Positions 9,625-18,406 of a stretch of 28,016 nucleotides of DNA are shown in pieces. Source of the DNA: a virus (taxonomy: Duplodnaviria > Caudoviricetes); IMG/VR virus record IMGVR_UViG_3300025577_000049, positions 1 through 28,016 of that record; one strand, given 5' to 3'. A program made the position numbers and the translations under genes. The notes beneath the pieces were generated by a model. It did no database searches. It saw only the letters and a program-made list of their open reading frames with translations, and was not told where the DNA came from. Position 1 is the first letter of the stretch. Each line of letters starts with the position of its first letter.

Positions 9625-10479
9625 TTAGGACTCAGTACAAAGAACTTCGACTACACATTCATCTTGTACGCGAGTTGCGCCAGCTACGAATGATAGATAC
9701 ACCTGGTGAGCGTAAGACTTGTCAGGGCGTAGATCGATCTTAGTCGTAACGTCCTTACCAATGCCCAAGCCCATCGCGCCTTTAGTAAATGCAAAGCACT
9801 TACGCTGGGTTGAAGCTAGGTTTAAACGCTCTGAGCGCAAGAACTTGAATCCCATGAAGGTATCAATGTCGCCTTGAACCAAAGCTTTGATAGAGTTGTA
9901 ATCCGCAGATTTCACCTCAGTCGTGTTCAACAAGTTAGAAACCTGTTGTGAGCCTAGTACAAAGAAACGCTCTTCGTCTGGATCAACATCGTTGCCATCT
10001 AAAATCTCTTTAGCAGAGATCAACTTGGCAAGCGTTAAACCAGCAGATCCGTGAGCAATTTTCTGCCCTGCTGGAAGTGCTACGTTAGACCCGTCACCAT
10101 CGACAGCGTTACCAGTGGCAGCAGCAATGATTAAATCATCGAATGCGCGAGCCATTGAGTTTGCGCCAGACTTGGCATAATGGGACTCTGGACTAACCAA
10201 CATACGAACTTTATCTTCGTCATCGATTAAATCAGCCCAGTGGTAGTCAGTCATCGTTGCAGTCCTGCGCGAGTGTGGAACTTCCAACACAGGCGTATTA
10301 GTGTGACGACTTGATTTAACTACAGCAGCGACATTGCCTAGACGTTCAAAGTGGAACTTCTCGCCCGTTACTGACTGCTCGTTTACTGATGCGCGTAGGC
10401 GTGAACCTTTTTGTTGCGCTAAATGTATAAGGTTGTCCTGGAACTGTTGGACAAACGCTTTTGCGATTGTATTAGCCAT
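9625..10479 (-). CDS. Major capsid protein
   Basis: Start at ATG 10479 (MANTIAKAFVQQF) with GGAG SD; LAQQKGSRLR, DFN/DYNSIKALVQGDIDTFMGFKF-type motif, GATRVQDECVV C-terminus; between scaffold and terminator. Confidence 0.92.
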   Translation of the reverse strand: MANTIAKAFVQQFQDNLIHLAQQKGSRLRASVNEQSVTGEKFHFERLGNVAAVVKSSRHTNTPVLEVPHSRRTATMTDYHWADLIDDEDKVRMLVSPESHYAKSGANSMARAFDDLIIAAATGNAVDGDGSNVALPAGQKIAHGSAGLTLAKLISAKEILDGNDVDPDEERFFVLGSQQVSNLLNTTEVKSADYNSIKALVQGDIDTFMGFKFLRSERLNLASTQRKCFAFTKGAMGLGIGKDVTTKIDLRPDKSYAHQVYLSFVAGATRVQDECVVEVLCTES

Positions 10480-10520
10480 TATATTCATCTCCGAAATTGG
10501 CAAATTGAAATTGGCGTTTT

Positions 10521-10632
10521 GAGCTACCCGAATATCGGACTCTTCACTGGCAATAACGCTTGCTTCAACGAGATGAGAAACGGCCCATCCAACCCATCAG
10601 GACTAAAATTAGCTACCCTGTTGAGTTAGATG
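10521..10632 (-). promoter_or_regulatory. Structured 5' leader of the capsid gene with two hairpins sharing a GUA-bulge motif
   Basis: CAUCUAACUCA/UGGGUUGGAUG stem enclosing CAGG-GUA-GCUAA..UUAGU-CCUG, and GAGU-CCGA..UCGG-GUA-GCUC; folded by eye. Confidence 0.6.
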
Positions 10633-10644
10633 TTCGTTTAAATT

Positions 10645-10658
10645 TGCTCGGTTATTAG
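10645..10658 (-). promoter_or_regulatory. Late-junction motif copy (CTAATAACCGAGCA) upstream of the capsid leader
   Basis: Exact 14-bp match to 15149..15162. Confidence 0.55.
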
Positions 10659-10661
10659 GAA

Positions 10662-11474
10662 TTAAACCTCTTCTGGATAGGCTTGTGTGTATAGCCTTTC
10701 CATTTTCTCCACTTCAGCCCCATGTTGTGGGTGATTAGTGATATTGTACGGGTGTTCTTGGTTGCGCCTAACCTCACTGATGCGATCCATTGCCTCAGTC
10801 GGAGATAAGGTAAATCGTGAGCCAGACTCAATGCCAGCAGACTGCTCTTCTGAAAGGGTTGCACCAATACCAGCCATCAATCGGATCATGCCAGGGTTAT
10901 TAGCTAGGCCACTGTCTAACAAGAACTGTTGTGTCTCAGCATCGGCATAGGCCATTACAGCATTCTTAGCCGCAGCTAACTTGGCATCGTAGGCATGGCC
11001 CCACTCTTTTTTAAGCAAATCGTTAGCCTTTTGCATTTCGGCATCACTAGCTTCTTGGTCTTGAGTCGACTGACTTTGAGTGTTCTCTTGCCACGCTTTA
11101 ACTTGTGCAGTGGATAGGCCATTGTCATGCGCCCATTGTAAGAACTCAGGGTCAGCACCTTCGATCTGATAGCCATCCTTAGTGTCTGGGCGACCAAGAC
11201 GCGCATACATCGCATCACGGGCCTCAGATTCATCGCTAGGAAGGTTTAATAGGGTAGGAACTTTGTCGGTAAGCTTTGCGTTAAACGCTGCCCAATCGTC
11301 TGTGCTTGCCTCTTCGCTAGGTATGCGAATACTGCCTCCAGCGTACTGCTGGGCATCAAGGTAAGACTTGGCTAGGGTGTTTAAGTCAGGAATCTGTGAC
11401 AAAGACTCATTGCCTCGGTATTCTTCTGACAATCCTGAGTGCCAGGACTCTGTTGCTGCTGCTTCTTCACTCAT
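10662..11474 (-). CDS. Capsid scaffolding protein
   Basis: Acidic; LAKSYLDAQ...RIP, LGRPDTKDGY, LKKEWG..YD, HPQH C-terminal motif; between portal and capsid. Confidence 0.85.
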   Translation of the reverse strand: MSEEAAATESWHSGLSEEYRGNESLSQIPDLNTLAKSYLDAQQYAGGSIRIPSEEASTDDWAAFNAKLTDKVPTLLNLPSDESEARDAMYARLGRPDTKDGYQIEGADPEFLQWAHDNGLSTAQVKAWQENTQSQSTQDQEASDAEMQKANDLLKKEWGHAYDAKLAAAKNAVMAYADAETQQFLLDSGLANNPGMIRLMAGIGATLSEEQSAGIESGSRFTLSPTEAMDRISEVRRNQEHPYNITNHPQHGAEVEKMERLYTQAYPEEV

Positions 11475-11658
11475 TGTCTTTCTCCACTACGTTTTTAATT
11501 TCTAAATATATGCTTCGCTGCCCTTCTTTAAAGGCAGTTTCACAGCAGTCTTTGCTGAACGAAATACGATCACCATAGGCCACTTTCATATTGGCAAGTA
11601 TTCTCTCGCCTGTTTTGCTGTTAAATAATTCTCGTATATCTTTACTGAACTGATCCAT
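11467..11658 (-). CDS. Small conserved phage protein between portal and scaffold (Bbp19-like)
   Basis: FNSKTGERILANM...TAFKEGQRSIYLEI motif and position. Confidence 0.7.
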   Translation of the reverse strand: MDQFSKDIRELFNSKTGERILANMKVAYGDRISFSKDCCETAFKEGQRSIYLEIKNVVEKDNE

Positions 11659-13294
11659 TTACTGTCTGCTCCAAATCGGCTACTTGCTGCGCTCCTGCAA
11701 TCTCTTGCTGACCTTGATCCATTTCAGCTTGAGCCTGTTGCTGCTGCTGTCGAGACTGTCTAAGCTCACCAACTTGTTCAGCACCTCGCAACATATCAGC
11801 AGGCGCACCCAATCTGTCGGAGATCGTGCGGCCTGCCTTGTCTACATCAACAATGTCTAGCACCTCTGGGTTAACTTGAGCCAGTTGCATAATCCCATCT
11901 ACTGCGCGTTGAATGCTTGTGACTTCATCCATCTTCTGAGATCGTGCTAATGGGCCTACATACTCAATGTCCAGATCACCTCCTATTTGCTGCAATACTT
12001 CGGGCATTGGTGGCAGCGCATTACCACGCAACATGGAATAAAAAGCACGTTCAACAATTGGGTTTAAGAACTCAGATTGAAGTCGACCAAGGGTTGGCCC
12101 TAACAGCCGTTGCATTAACTCATAGCGCACTTGAACCTCAGTCGCTGTCATCTGCGGCCCTTCATTCAACTCAAGCTGATCACTAAAGAAGATACGCCTG
12201 ACTGATCCACGCACATCAGCCAACATAAGCTGGTCAGCGTTCCAATTAGTCTGGTTAACAATCGGCTCTAAGTTTTGCATATCGCGTACATAAGTCACTG
12301 TCGATGGGCGTAAATCAATCTTGCCAAGGATGCCGTTTTGCATTGCTTTTAGTGGGGGATCAATCGACTTCTCCCACGCCCTCATAGCCAGCTTTCTTGC
12401 AGCGTTTAGGGTCTTTATGTCAGCCCTAGCAATACAGCCTGGCCCGAATCCATACATATCACCAGTGGTCTTAGCCCAGCGTGGAACCATAAACGGAAGC
12501 TCATAATATCCAGATTCTTTGCATATCTTTTTATCGATTACACTAATGAAATAGCAGGCAAACGGACGCATATTAGGCGGTGCAACCATTGCTGGCTCAC
12601 CCTTTAACTCTCTAGGAAAGACAGCTTGCACATACTCAAACACCTGATCAGGGTCTTTGTCCAAAGCTTTCATGGCCTTGTCGCCACAGTCTTTACCAAA
12701 CTTCTGATACGCTTGACGAGCCGTTAGCTTTAGCTTGCGAAACACTGTATCGACCTTACCCTCTTCGCTCTCAGAAATAACCACTTCTGCTAGGTGACAC
12801 GCTTTAAAGTTAAACCCATCAAAGACAGAGTCTTTAGTCTTTACATCAAACTGTAACGCTGATGTGCCAAAGCCAACTAAATCTTGGTAACACTCGGCTA
12901 CCTCAGTAGAGAAGTTACACTTTCCAAACTCTTGAAAGATGCCCATGCTGCACTTTTCTAGCCAATCTTTGGCCTCTTTGTTCTCATTAAGCTCATCCTC
13001 ACGGAAGCGTAAGCCAAACCACTTCGTAGAAGGGCTTGTAAGCGACCCGTGAAGCGATGCCGACAATATCTGTAGTGCGTGTATACCAGTAGAGTCATAG
13101 ACTTCAGCAGCGCGTTTAGTGCCTCTGGTGGACGTTGTTATAAAGTCAATCTTGCCAGGCATTAAAAATGTGGCTAACTCTTCCCACATCGTATCCCAGT
13201 TGGTTCGATCAGCCCTTAGTCGGTCATAGCGTTTAAGCAACGCGACAGGTGACACATTTGGCTCTATTTGCTTGCCCTTTTCATAAGCTTCCAT
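11642..13294 (-). CDS. Portal (T7 gp8-type head-to-tail connector)
   Basis: YDSTG...LTSPSTKWF, PFMVPRW...YGFGP, MTATEVQVR...LLGPTLGRLQSEFLNP, IEYVGPLARSQ. Confidence 0.95.
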   Translation of the reverse strand: MEAYEKGKQIEPNVSPVALLKRYDRLRADRTNWDTMWEELATFLMPGKIDFITTSTRGTKRAAEVYDSTGIHALQILSASLHGSLTSPSTKWFGLRFREDELNENKEAKDWLEKCSMGIFQEFGKCNFSTEVAECYQDLVGFGTSALQFDVKTKDSVFDGFNFKACHLAEVVISESEEGKVDTVFRKLKLTARQAYQKFGKDCGDKAMKALDKDPDQVFEYVQAVFPRELKGEPAMVAPPNMRPFACYFISVIDKKICKESGYYELPFMVPRWAKTTGDMYGFGPGCIARADIKTLNAARKLAMRAWEKSIDPPLKAMQNGILGKIDLRPSTVTYVRDMQNLEPIVNQTNWNADQLMLADVRGSVRRIFFSDQLELNEGPQMTATEVQVRYELMQRLLGPTLGRLQSEFLNPIVERAFYSMLRGNALPPMPEVLQQIGGDLDIEYVGPLARSQKMDEVTSIQRAVDGIMQLAQVNPEVLDIVDVDKAGRTISDRLGAPADMLRGAEQVGELRQSRQQQQQAQAEMDQGQQEIAGAQQVADLEQTVNGSVQ

Positions 13295-14718
13295 TAGCTA
13301 ATACTCATTAGATTTGTTCGTTTGGTGTCAGCTTCGCCCAACATACCAGCGAATCTAGTGTTGGTTCGGTTCATCCGCATAAGCATTAATCTGCGCTTGT
13401 GCAATGCTTTTAATATGACAGGATCGGTCTCGGTCTTTATCTGATTGTCAATGTCTTGCATTTCTGCAATAGGATCTTGTGAAGATTGTGAACGCTGCTT
13501 CAACGAACCTAAATCTGAAGTCTTAGCCTCACCCTCACCTGTCTTGGTATAAGTAGCCACGCCATTAACAAACGTCTTAGTGATATTATCGCCAAGCTGA
13601 ACGCCTAGAATGTTTGGCTTGTATTCCTGCTTTGTGGTGGTCACTGGTTTGCCTGTACCAATGTCATACGAGCTTTTTGTCGTAGTCATCTCATCAAAGA
13701 AACCAGACTTTTCAGAGGTCACTGTAGGCGTAACCCCAGTTCTCTCAATACCAGCTAGAATGTACTTTGATCTTGCCTGATCTTCTTTGGTAATCACCCG
13801 ATCACCTGAGTACATTTTCTTACTGCCTATCGACTTTTGTTCTGCGGCAAGCTCTGCTTGAGTTGCGCCTCCTGCTAATCTGGCCTTGTAGTACGCCTGG
13901 TTGTAAGACACCTCATCATTGCGGTACTTGTCATTTTTTATTGCTGACAAAAGAACACTTGGCATAGTCGAGTCTTTGTTAGACTTAACCTCTGCGTCAT
14001 AGGTAGCTTGATCAAAATTAGCCCTTGGCACTGGGTCTTGATAGGCTTTTTGTAAATCTATGGCTCTATTTTTTGCTGCTTCTGGGCCACTGCCTAATGA
14101 AATAGACCCTTGCTCCAATGGCTTTGGAGTCATGTCTGCTGCACTTTTAACTGGAGTACGGCCTCGCTCGTTAAACTGGCTAACCTCTCCAGTGTTTACT
14201 GGCTTTACTGCTGGTTTAGATGTATCAACCCCTATACCCATTTCGCTAAGTAGTTTAGGGTCTTGAGGGTTTACTGGCTTTGCTGCTGCTTTAGGTGCTG
14301 TTGGCTTTACAGATAGCAACGATGCTCCAGAAGATCCAGCAAATCCAGATTCATTAACCCCATAGCCATCATTTTCTATGCCCATTACTGTCTTTATTTT
14401 ATTTGTAGCCAAATCATCTTTAGGCTGAGTAATCTTAGCTGTCGCTACTGGCGCAGTCTTTGCCGTAGACTTGATAGGAGTCGCAGGCCGAACAGGTTTA
14501 CTCACCTCACTGGGCAAGTTAGCCCGTTGGTTACCATTGCCGCCATAGTTTATTTTTGGAGCTTTAACTTTAGCTTTAACTTTAGGTGCTGTTTTTTGGC
14601 CTTGCTCGTTAGGGCTTGCATAAACTTTTGCTTTAGGCGTAGCTTTTTTCTTCTTTGCTGGCTTATCATTGCCGCCACCACCGCCACCGCTACTTGAACC
14701 ACCGCTTGAACTACCCAT
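13294..14718 (-). CDS. Low-complexity Gly/Ser/Lys/Pro-rich virion-associated protein (about 474 aa)
   Basis: Long ORF with AAGGAG SD 7 nt before ATG 14718; stop overlaps the portal start (TAATG); function not recognisable. Confidence 0.7.
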   Translation of the reverse strand: MGSSSGGSSSGGGGGGNDKPAKKKKATPKAKVYASPNEQGQKTAPKVKAKVKAPKINYGGNGNQRANLPSEVSKPVRPATPIKSTAKTAPVATAKITQPKDDLATNKIKTVMGIENDGYGVNESGFAGSSGASLLSVKPTAPKAAAKPVNPQDPKLLSEMGIGVDTSKPAVKPVNTGEVSQFNERGRTPVKSAADMTPKPLEQGSISLGSGPEAAKNRAIDLQKAYQDPVPRANFDQATYDAEVKSNKDSTMPSVLLSAIKNDKYRNDEVSYNQAYYKARLAGGATQAELAAEQKSIGSKKMYSGDRVITKEDQARSKYILAGIERTGVTPTVTSEKSGFFDEMTTTKSSYDIGTGKPVTTTKQEYKPNILGVQLGDNITKTFVNGVATYTKTGEGEAKTSDLGSLKQRSQSSQDPIAEMQDIDNQIKTETDPVILKALHKRRLMLMRMNRTNTRFAGMLGEADTKRTNLMSIS

Positions 14719-15133
14719 CACTTAACTCCTTACAAAACGTATTGCCAGACTTAAAGCCAGCAGCATCTAAATATTTAAACCAGCCTTTTCGTGGGCTTCT
14801 AAACTCAATCTGATCAAATGATGCCTCTTGAGCAATCATGTTAAGCGTGTCTGTCATTTCGTGAATCAAGCTAGGCCCAGTTAAATAAAGCAAGTCAACG
14901 TGTAGCACAGAATTACCTGTGTACCTGTCGTTATGCTCTGTGAGAACCAGCAACCCTCTTAACTCATCAGCTTCATAAACATTGAATACTGTTGCTTCAC
15001 CCGAATCGATCACCTCGTAGAACTGTAAAGGCGTATATGACTCGCCTATTTTCTTAGCCGTTGACTCAATAGCTTCAGCAAAAAAATCCCAGTTCTCTAA
15101 AATCATTTCTGGAGTTTGTTTAATAATATTCAT
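14711..15133 (-). CDS. Putative GNAT-fold acyltransferase-like virion-assembly protein
   Basis: 140 aa; LRGLLVL...VLHVDLLY...IEFRSPRKGWFKYL..AGF pattern; position between terL and portal. Confidence 0.55.
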   Translation of the reverse strand: MNIIKQTPEMILENWDFFAEAIESTAKKIGESYTPLQFYEVIDSGEATVFNVYEADELRGLLVLTEHNDRYTGNSVLHVDLLYLTGPSLIHEMTDTLNMIAQEASFDQIEFRSPRKGWFKYLDAAGFKSGNTFCKELSDG

Positions 15134-15148
15134 AATTTCACATACTTC

Positions 15149-15162
15149 TGCTCGGTTATTAG
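15149..15162 (-). promoter_or_regulatory. Late-junction motif copy (CTAATAACCGAGCA) at the terL stop, upstream of the GNAT-portal block
   Basis: Exact 14-bp match to 10645..10658. Confidence 0.55.
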
Positions 15163-16586
15163 ATTGAGCCTATAACACCAGGTGAAGATTGCCTGTTGCG
15201 CTCACCCCACGGGATTGAATACCTACGCATCATGTACGCATAGCGTAACGCATCAAGAAGGTCATCCATTGTCTTGCTGATCTTGCCCTTATCATTGCGA
15301 TGGTATTGGTTGAACTCGTTAAAGAAGTCACGCAGATTGCGATCAACTTTGAATCGGCCTTTGATCATTAGGTCACGGATCTCATACAGGCCAGCCTCAA
15401 CTCCATTAGTGCCATCAGGCCATGATGCGTGTTTGTGCAACATATCGAACCCAGCATCGATGTAGTAATCCTTCTGCTGGTTAGCTGTGCCATTCTTCTC
15501 GGTCTGTAATCCATCTAAAGGCCATGACGTTGGGACACCTAATGCCCAAGGCTTTACTGTCGCCCAAGCCACCTCTGGAGCAATGTGACTCGCTTTCCAC
15601 GCCTGAGTAACGTAGAACGTGCCGCTTTCCCTATCTTCAATAAGCTGAACGTGGGCTTGAGGATGCTCCCACCCAAAGTCCATTGCGTTAATGACAAACC
15701 AATGATCAGGTATTTTGAATGGATCACACTTGATTGAGTCTTCGTCCAGGTCATAGATCCTGCCATGCCCTAGCATCGGTATGCCCTTGGATCTCATGTC
15801 TCGTTGATATGCTGGGTATTGGTCTAGCATTAATCGTTTAGCGTCTTCTGATAGGTGTGGTGCGTCATCCCAGCCTGCTTGAATAAACGCCTGTCCCTCA
15901 CCTGGGTTATCCATGAATGAGATCACTGTCTCAGTGCGCCCGTTCTCTGGTGTAAAGGTTAATATGCCCTTACCACCCTTACCTTTGTCGCCTGTCAGGG
16001 TTCTTGTTACCACCTGTGGATAGATAGCTTGATCCTTTGGCTCTTCATCGATGTGATACCAATCGACTGAGTCACCCATGAGTGCGTGTTGGCCCTGTGT
16101 GTAGCTCCAGAACTGGCAGATCGATACGCCACCTGATGTGTGTTTTACTCTGACTTCACGCATAGCCCCTGATGTGCCTGTCATCGATACATAATCAACA
16201 ATCAATTCAGCAGGGATTAGCCCACCCAAGAATGTTCGATCCTCTAGCCTGCCAAACAATGCGGTCTGCAATAGATCGCGTGTCTTTTCTCCAGAGTACC
16301 CAAGTAGCCAGCACGTTGGCGCGTGTTCAAACTTATGACCATCCCAATCATTTGGGTAATCACCCATGAGGTGTACAGCATCAATATAAGTGCCTAAATA
16401 GGTCTTGCCTATTCGGTTAGCCGCACAGAGTAATACCGCAGTCTTGGTCTTAGTAAAACGAATGGTATCGGCTTGGAATTTATAAAGGTCAGGAAACATA
16501 TCTCTGTAGCGATAAACGTGCTGTCGCCTGATACGCTCCCTGGCAATTAGGACTAATTCAGTTTTACTGTACCTTTGCTGGATCAA
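15159..16586 (-). CDS. terL: Terminase large subunit (P22 gp2-like)
   Basis: Walker A AANRIGKT, Walker B YHIDEEP, LTFTPENG, nuclease MDFGWEHP and DDLLDALRYA; TTG start with AAGAGG SD. Confidence 0.95.
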   Translation of the reverse strand: MIQQRYSKTELVLIARERIRRQHVYRYRDMFPDLYKFQADTIRFTKTKTAVLLCAANRIGKTYLGTYIDAVHLMGDYPNDWDGHKFEHAPTCWLLGYSGEKTRDLLQTALFGRLEDRTFLGGLIPAELIVDYVSMTGTSGAMREVRVKHTSGGVSICQFWSYTQGQHALMGDSVDWYHIDEEPKDQAIYPQVVTRTLTGDKGKGGKGILTFTPENGRTETVISFMDNPGEGQAFIQAGWDDAPHLSEDAKRLMLDQYPAYQRDMRSKGIPMLGHGRIYDLDEDSIKCDPFKIPDHWFVINAMDFGWEHPQAHVQLIEDRESGTFYVTQAWKASHIAPEVAWATVKPWALGVPTSWPLDGLQTEKNGTANQQKDYYIDAGFDMLHKHASWPDGTNGVEAGLYEIRDLMIKGRFKVDRNLRDFFNEFNQYHRNDKGKISKTMDDLLDALRYAYMMRRYSIPWGERNRQSSPGVIGSI

Positions 16587-16884
16587 TCGAATAGCCTCTT
16601 AGCTCATCGTCTAGCTCTTCTTGAGACATATCGTGCAGCTTCTGCTCAAATGAGACATGAGTATTCATCTCAACCGACTTACGCTTTGGTGCGACATACT
16701 GAGCTAACTCTTTAAACATCGTCCCAGCCAGTATTAACTCGCCCTCATCCATTGCTTGACGAGCTATCTTTGCCATGCCCTCAATGGGATCGCAGTTTAA
16801 CTCTGCCAACTTATCAACGATTGGTTGATTGTTTTTGTTGGGAGTGCCTTTTTGCCGCCCTCCTGTCTTCATTCCTTTAGCCAT
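16564..16884 (-). CDS. terS: Terminase small subunit
   Basis: KTGGRQKGTPNK N-terminus, ELAQYVAPKRKSVE; immediately upstream of terL. Confidence 0.8.
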   Translation of the reverse strand: MAKGMKTGGRQKGTPNKNNQPIVDKLAELNCDPIEGMAKIARQAMDEGELILAGTMFKELAQYVAPKRKSVEMNTHVSFEQKLHDMSQEELDDELRGYSIDPAKVQ

Positions 16885-16903
16885 CTACTCTATCCACCTT
16901 AGA

Positions 16904-17101
16904 TTAATGCTCGGTCATTTCTTCATCGTCTATAAAATTAGAGAACGACTCTACCCATGCCATCGCCTCTGCAATCAACAAGTCATCTTCTTCATTCATA
17001 GACCTACCCCCATCAATGTTGATGACGGCTTTAGCCAATAGGGTCAGATACAATGCTCCCTGATTAACTACGTCTTGCCCGTACACGTTTTCAATAGTCA
17101 T
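16904..17101 (-). CDS. Hypothetical acidic protein (65 aa)
   Basis: Start reassigned to ATG 17101 (ATGA overlap, MTIENVYG). Confidence 0.65.
   Translation of the reverse strand: MTIENVYGQDVVNQGALYLTLLAKAVINIDGGRSMNEEDDLLIAEAMAWVESFSNFIDDEEMTEH
16908..16921 (-). promoter_or_regulatory. Late-junction motif copy (GAAATGACCGAGCA) upstream of terS
   Basis: 11/14 match to the other two copies, sharing core AATRACCGAGCA; 23 nt before the terS ATG. Confidence 0.45.
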
Positions 17102-17562
17102 AGCTTCCACGCCTTCCTTAACCATATTGATGTTATATCCGTGCCCGTAGGCTCTCTATCTGTACCCTCACGATGTGTCCAGTTACCATCTCGTACTGGT
17201 GTGGTTACAGCCTGTTCTGCTGTCCAGCCGTATCTGAGGCGGTCTGATAGGGTTTTCATCTTCATACCATGTGCTGCCGCTAAATCTTTAATTAGGTACT
17301 CCTTCCCCTGGTAGACAATGTGCGCTGGTCTGCGATCAACTTCGGTTAGTGGTTTAAAACTAATACCCAATTCCCATGCCTGAGTTTTTAAAGTTGAGTA
17401 TTTCATCTCCAACCGATCTGCCGTTTCGCGCAGGGTATAACCCCTTAAAGCGAATAGTTGCAAGATTTCTTTTGTCTCGCAGTTATAACGCTCTTTTAGA
17501 TAGTTATGTTTCCGTCTTTTCGCCTGTTGATCCAAAGCCGCCAATGCCTCTGTTAGTTTCAT
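17098..17562 (-). CDS. Double helix-turn-helix DNA-binding protein, candidate late-gene regulator
   Basis: GYTLRETADRLEMKYSTL and YQGKEYLIKDLAAAHGMKMKTLSDRLRYGWTAEQA HTH-like segments; start uncertain because it overlaps dut. Confidence 0.65.
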   Translation of the reverse strand: MKLTEALAALDQQAKRRKHNYLKERYNCETKEILQLFALRGYTLRETADRLEMKYSTLKTQAWELGISFKPLTEVDRRPAHIVYQGKEYLIKDLAAAHGMKMKTLSDRLRYGWTAEQAVTTPVRDGNWTHREGTDREPTGTDITSIWLRKAWKL

Positions 17563-17971
17563 CAAGCTCGTCTACTTGTACCCAGGCAAACGGCTCAACC
17601 TTCTCAATCATTATCTGGGCAATACGCTCTCCAGGTTCAACGTACTGAGTAACCTCACTATGGTTTGCTAGTGATACAAACACTTGACCTCGGTAATCAG
17701 AATCAATAATGCCTACCCCGTTACTAGGTGCTAGACCACGCTTATCGGCAATACCTGACCTTGCGTAAATCTTGGCGCAGTAACCATTGGGCACTTCAAT
17801 TGATATGCCCGTTGGTATAAGTTGATTACTTCCTTGGATAATGTGTTGCTGCCGCCCAATCTCAGCGACCAAGTCCATAGCAGCAGAACCACTCGTTGCA
17901 TAAGCTGGAAGTGGGAAGCGACCAATGTGCTTAACCTTGACCTTCACTGCGGTACTCTTTGCTGCTGCCAT
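17504..17971 (-). CDS. dut: Trimeric dUTPase
   Basis: All five motifs present: AMDL, RSG, GIIDSDYRG, ERIAQ, RGIGGFGSTG. Confidence 0.97.
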   Translation of the reverse strand: MAAAKSTAVKVKVKHIGRFPLPAYATSGSAAMDLVAEIGRQQHIIQGSNQLIPTGISIEVPNGYCAKIYARSGIADKRGLAPSNGVGIIDSDYRGQVFVSLANHSEVTQYVEPGERIAQIMIEKVEPFAWVQVDELDETNRGIGGFGSTGEKTET

Positions 17972-17974
17972 CGT

Positions 17975-18406
17975 TTAGCTCCAACTCTCAATAGTTATTT
18001 TCCCAGTAACCCCTTCGTTACGGAGATCGTATATTCGTTTAAATTCTTGGCGGTAATGCTTGGCAATGTCTTTTACTTCACGTTTAGCAGACCGACCTAA
18101 AGATGTGTCGTTAGCCTTTTCTCGCAGAATATCGATACAGCCCTCACCCATAAGCTTAAGTTTGTGTTCAGAGTGAAGTATTGGATTAGCCCCCAGGTAC
18201 TGATGACACCCATAACAAAGTGCTTCTGCGTTATCCACATTGAACCTTACTCCCCACTTGCCACGACCATGATAGTGACTACAGTGCAGACCCATTCTTC
18301 GGCTTTCTTCGTAATAGGTGTGGCATCGCTCACAAGTCCACTCTGCGGCTGATCGAATACAGTCGCTAAATGCCTTGTCTGCTGGGGTGCGTTTGATTGC
18401 TGCCAT
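17975..18406 (-). CDS. ninG: NinG/Rap-like HNH-type nuclease
   Basis: DKAFSDCIR, CERC, HCSHY.GR...VRFNVDNAEALCYGCH. Confidence 0.8.
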   Translation of the reverse strand: MAAIKRTPADKAFSDCIRSAAEWTCERCHTYYEESRRMGLHCSHYHGRGKWGVRFNVDNAEALCYGCHQYLGANPILHSEHKLKLMGEGCIDILREKANDTSLGRSAKREVKDIAKHYRQEFKRIYDLRNEGVTGKITIESWS

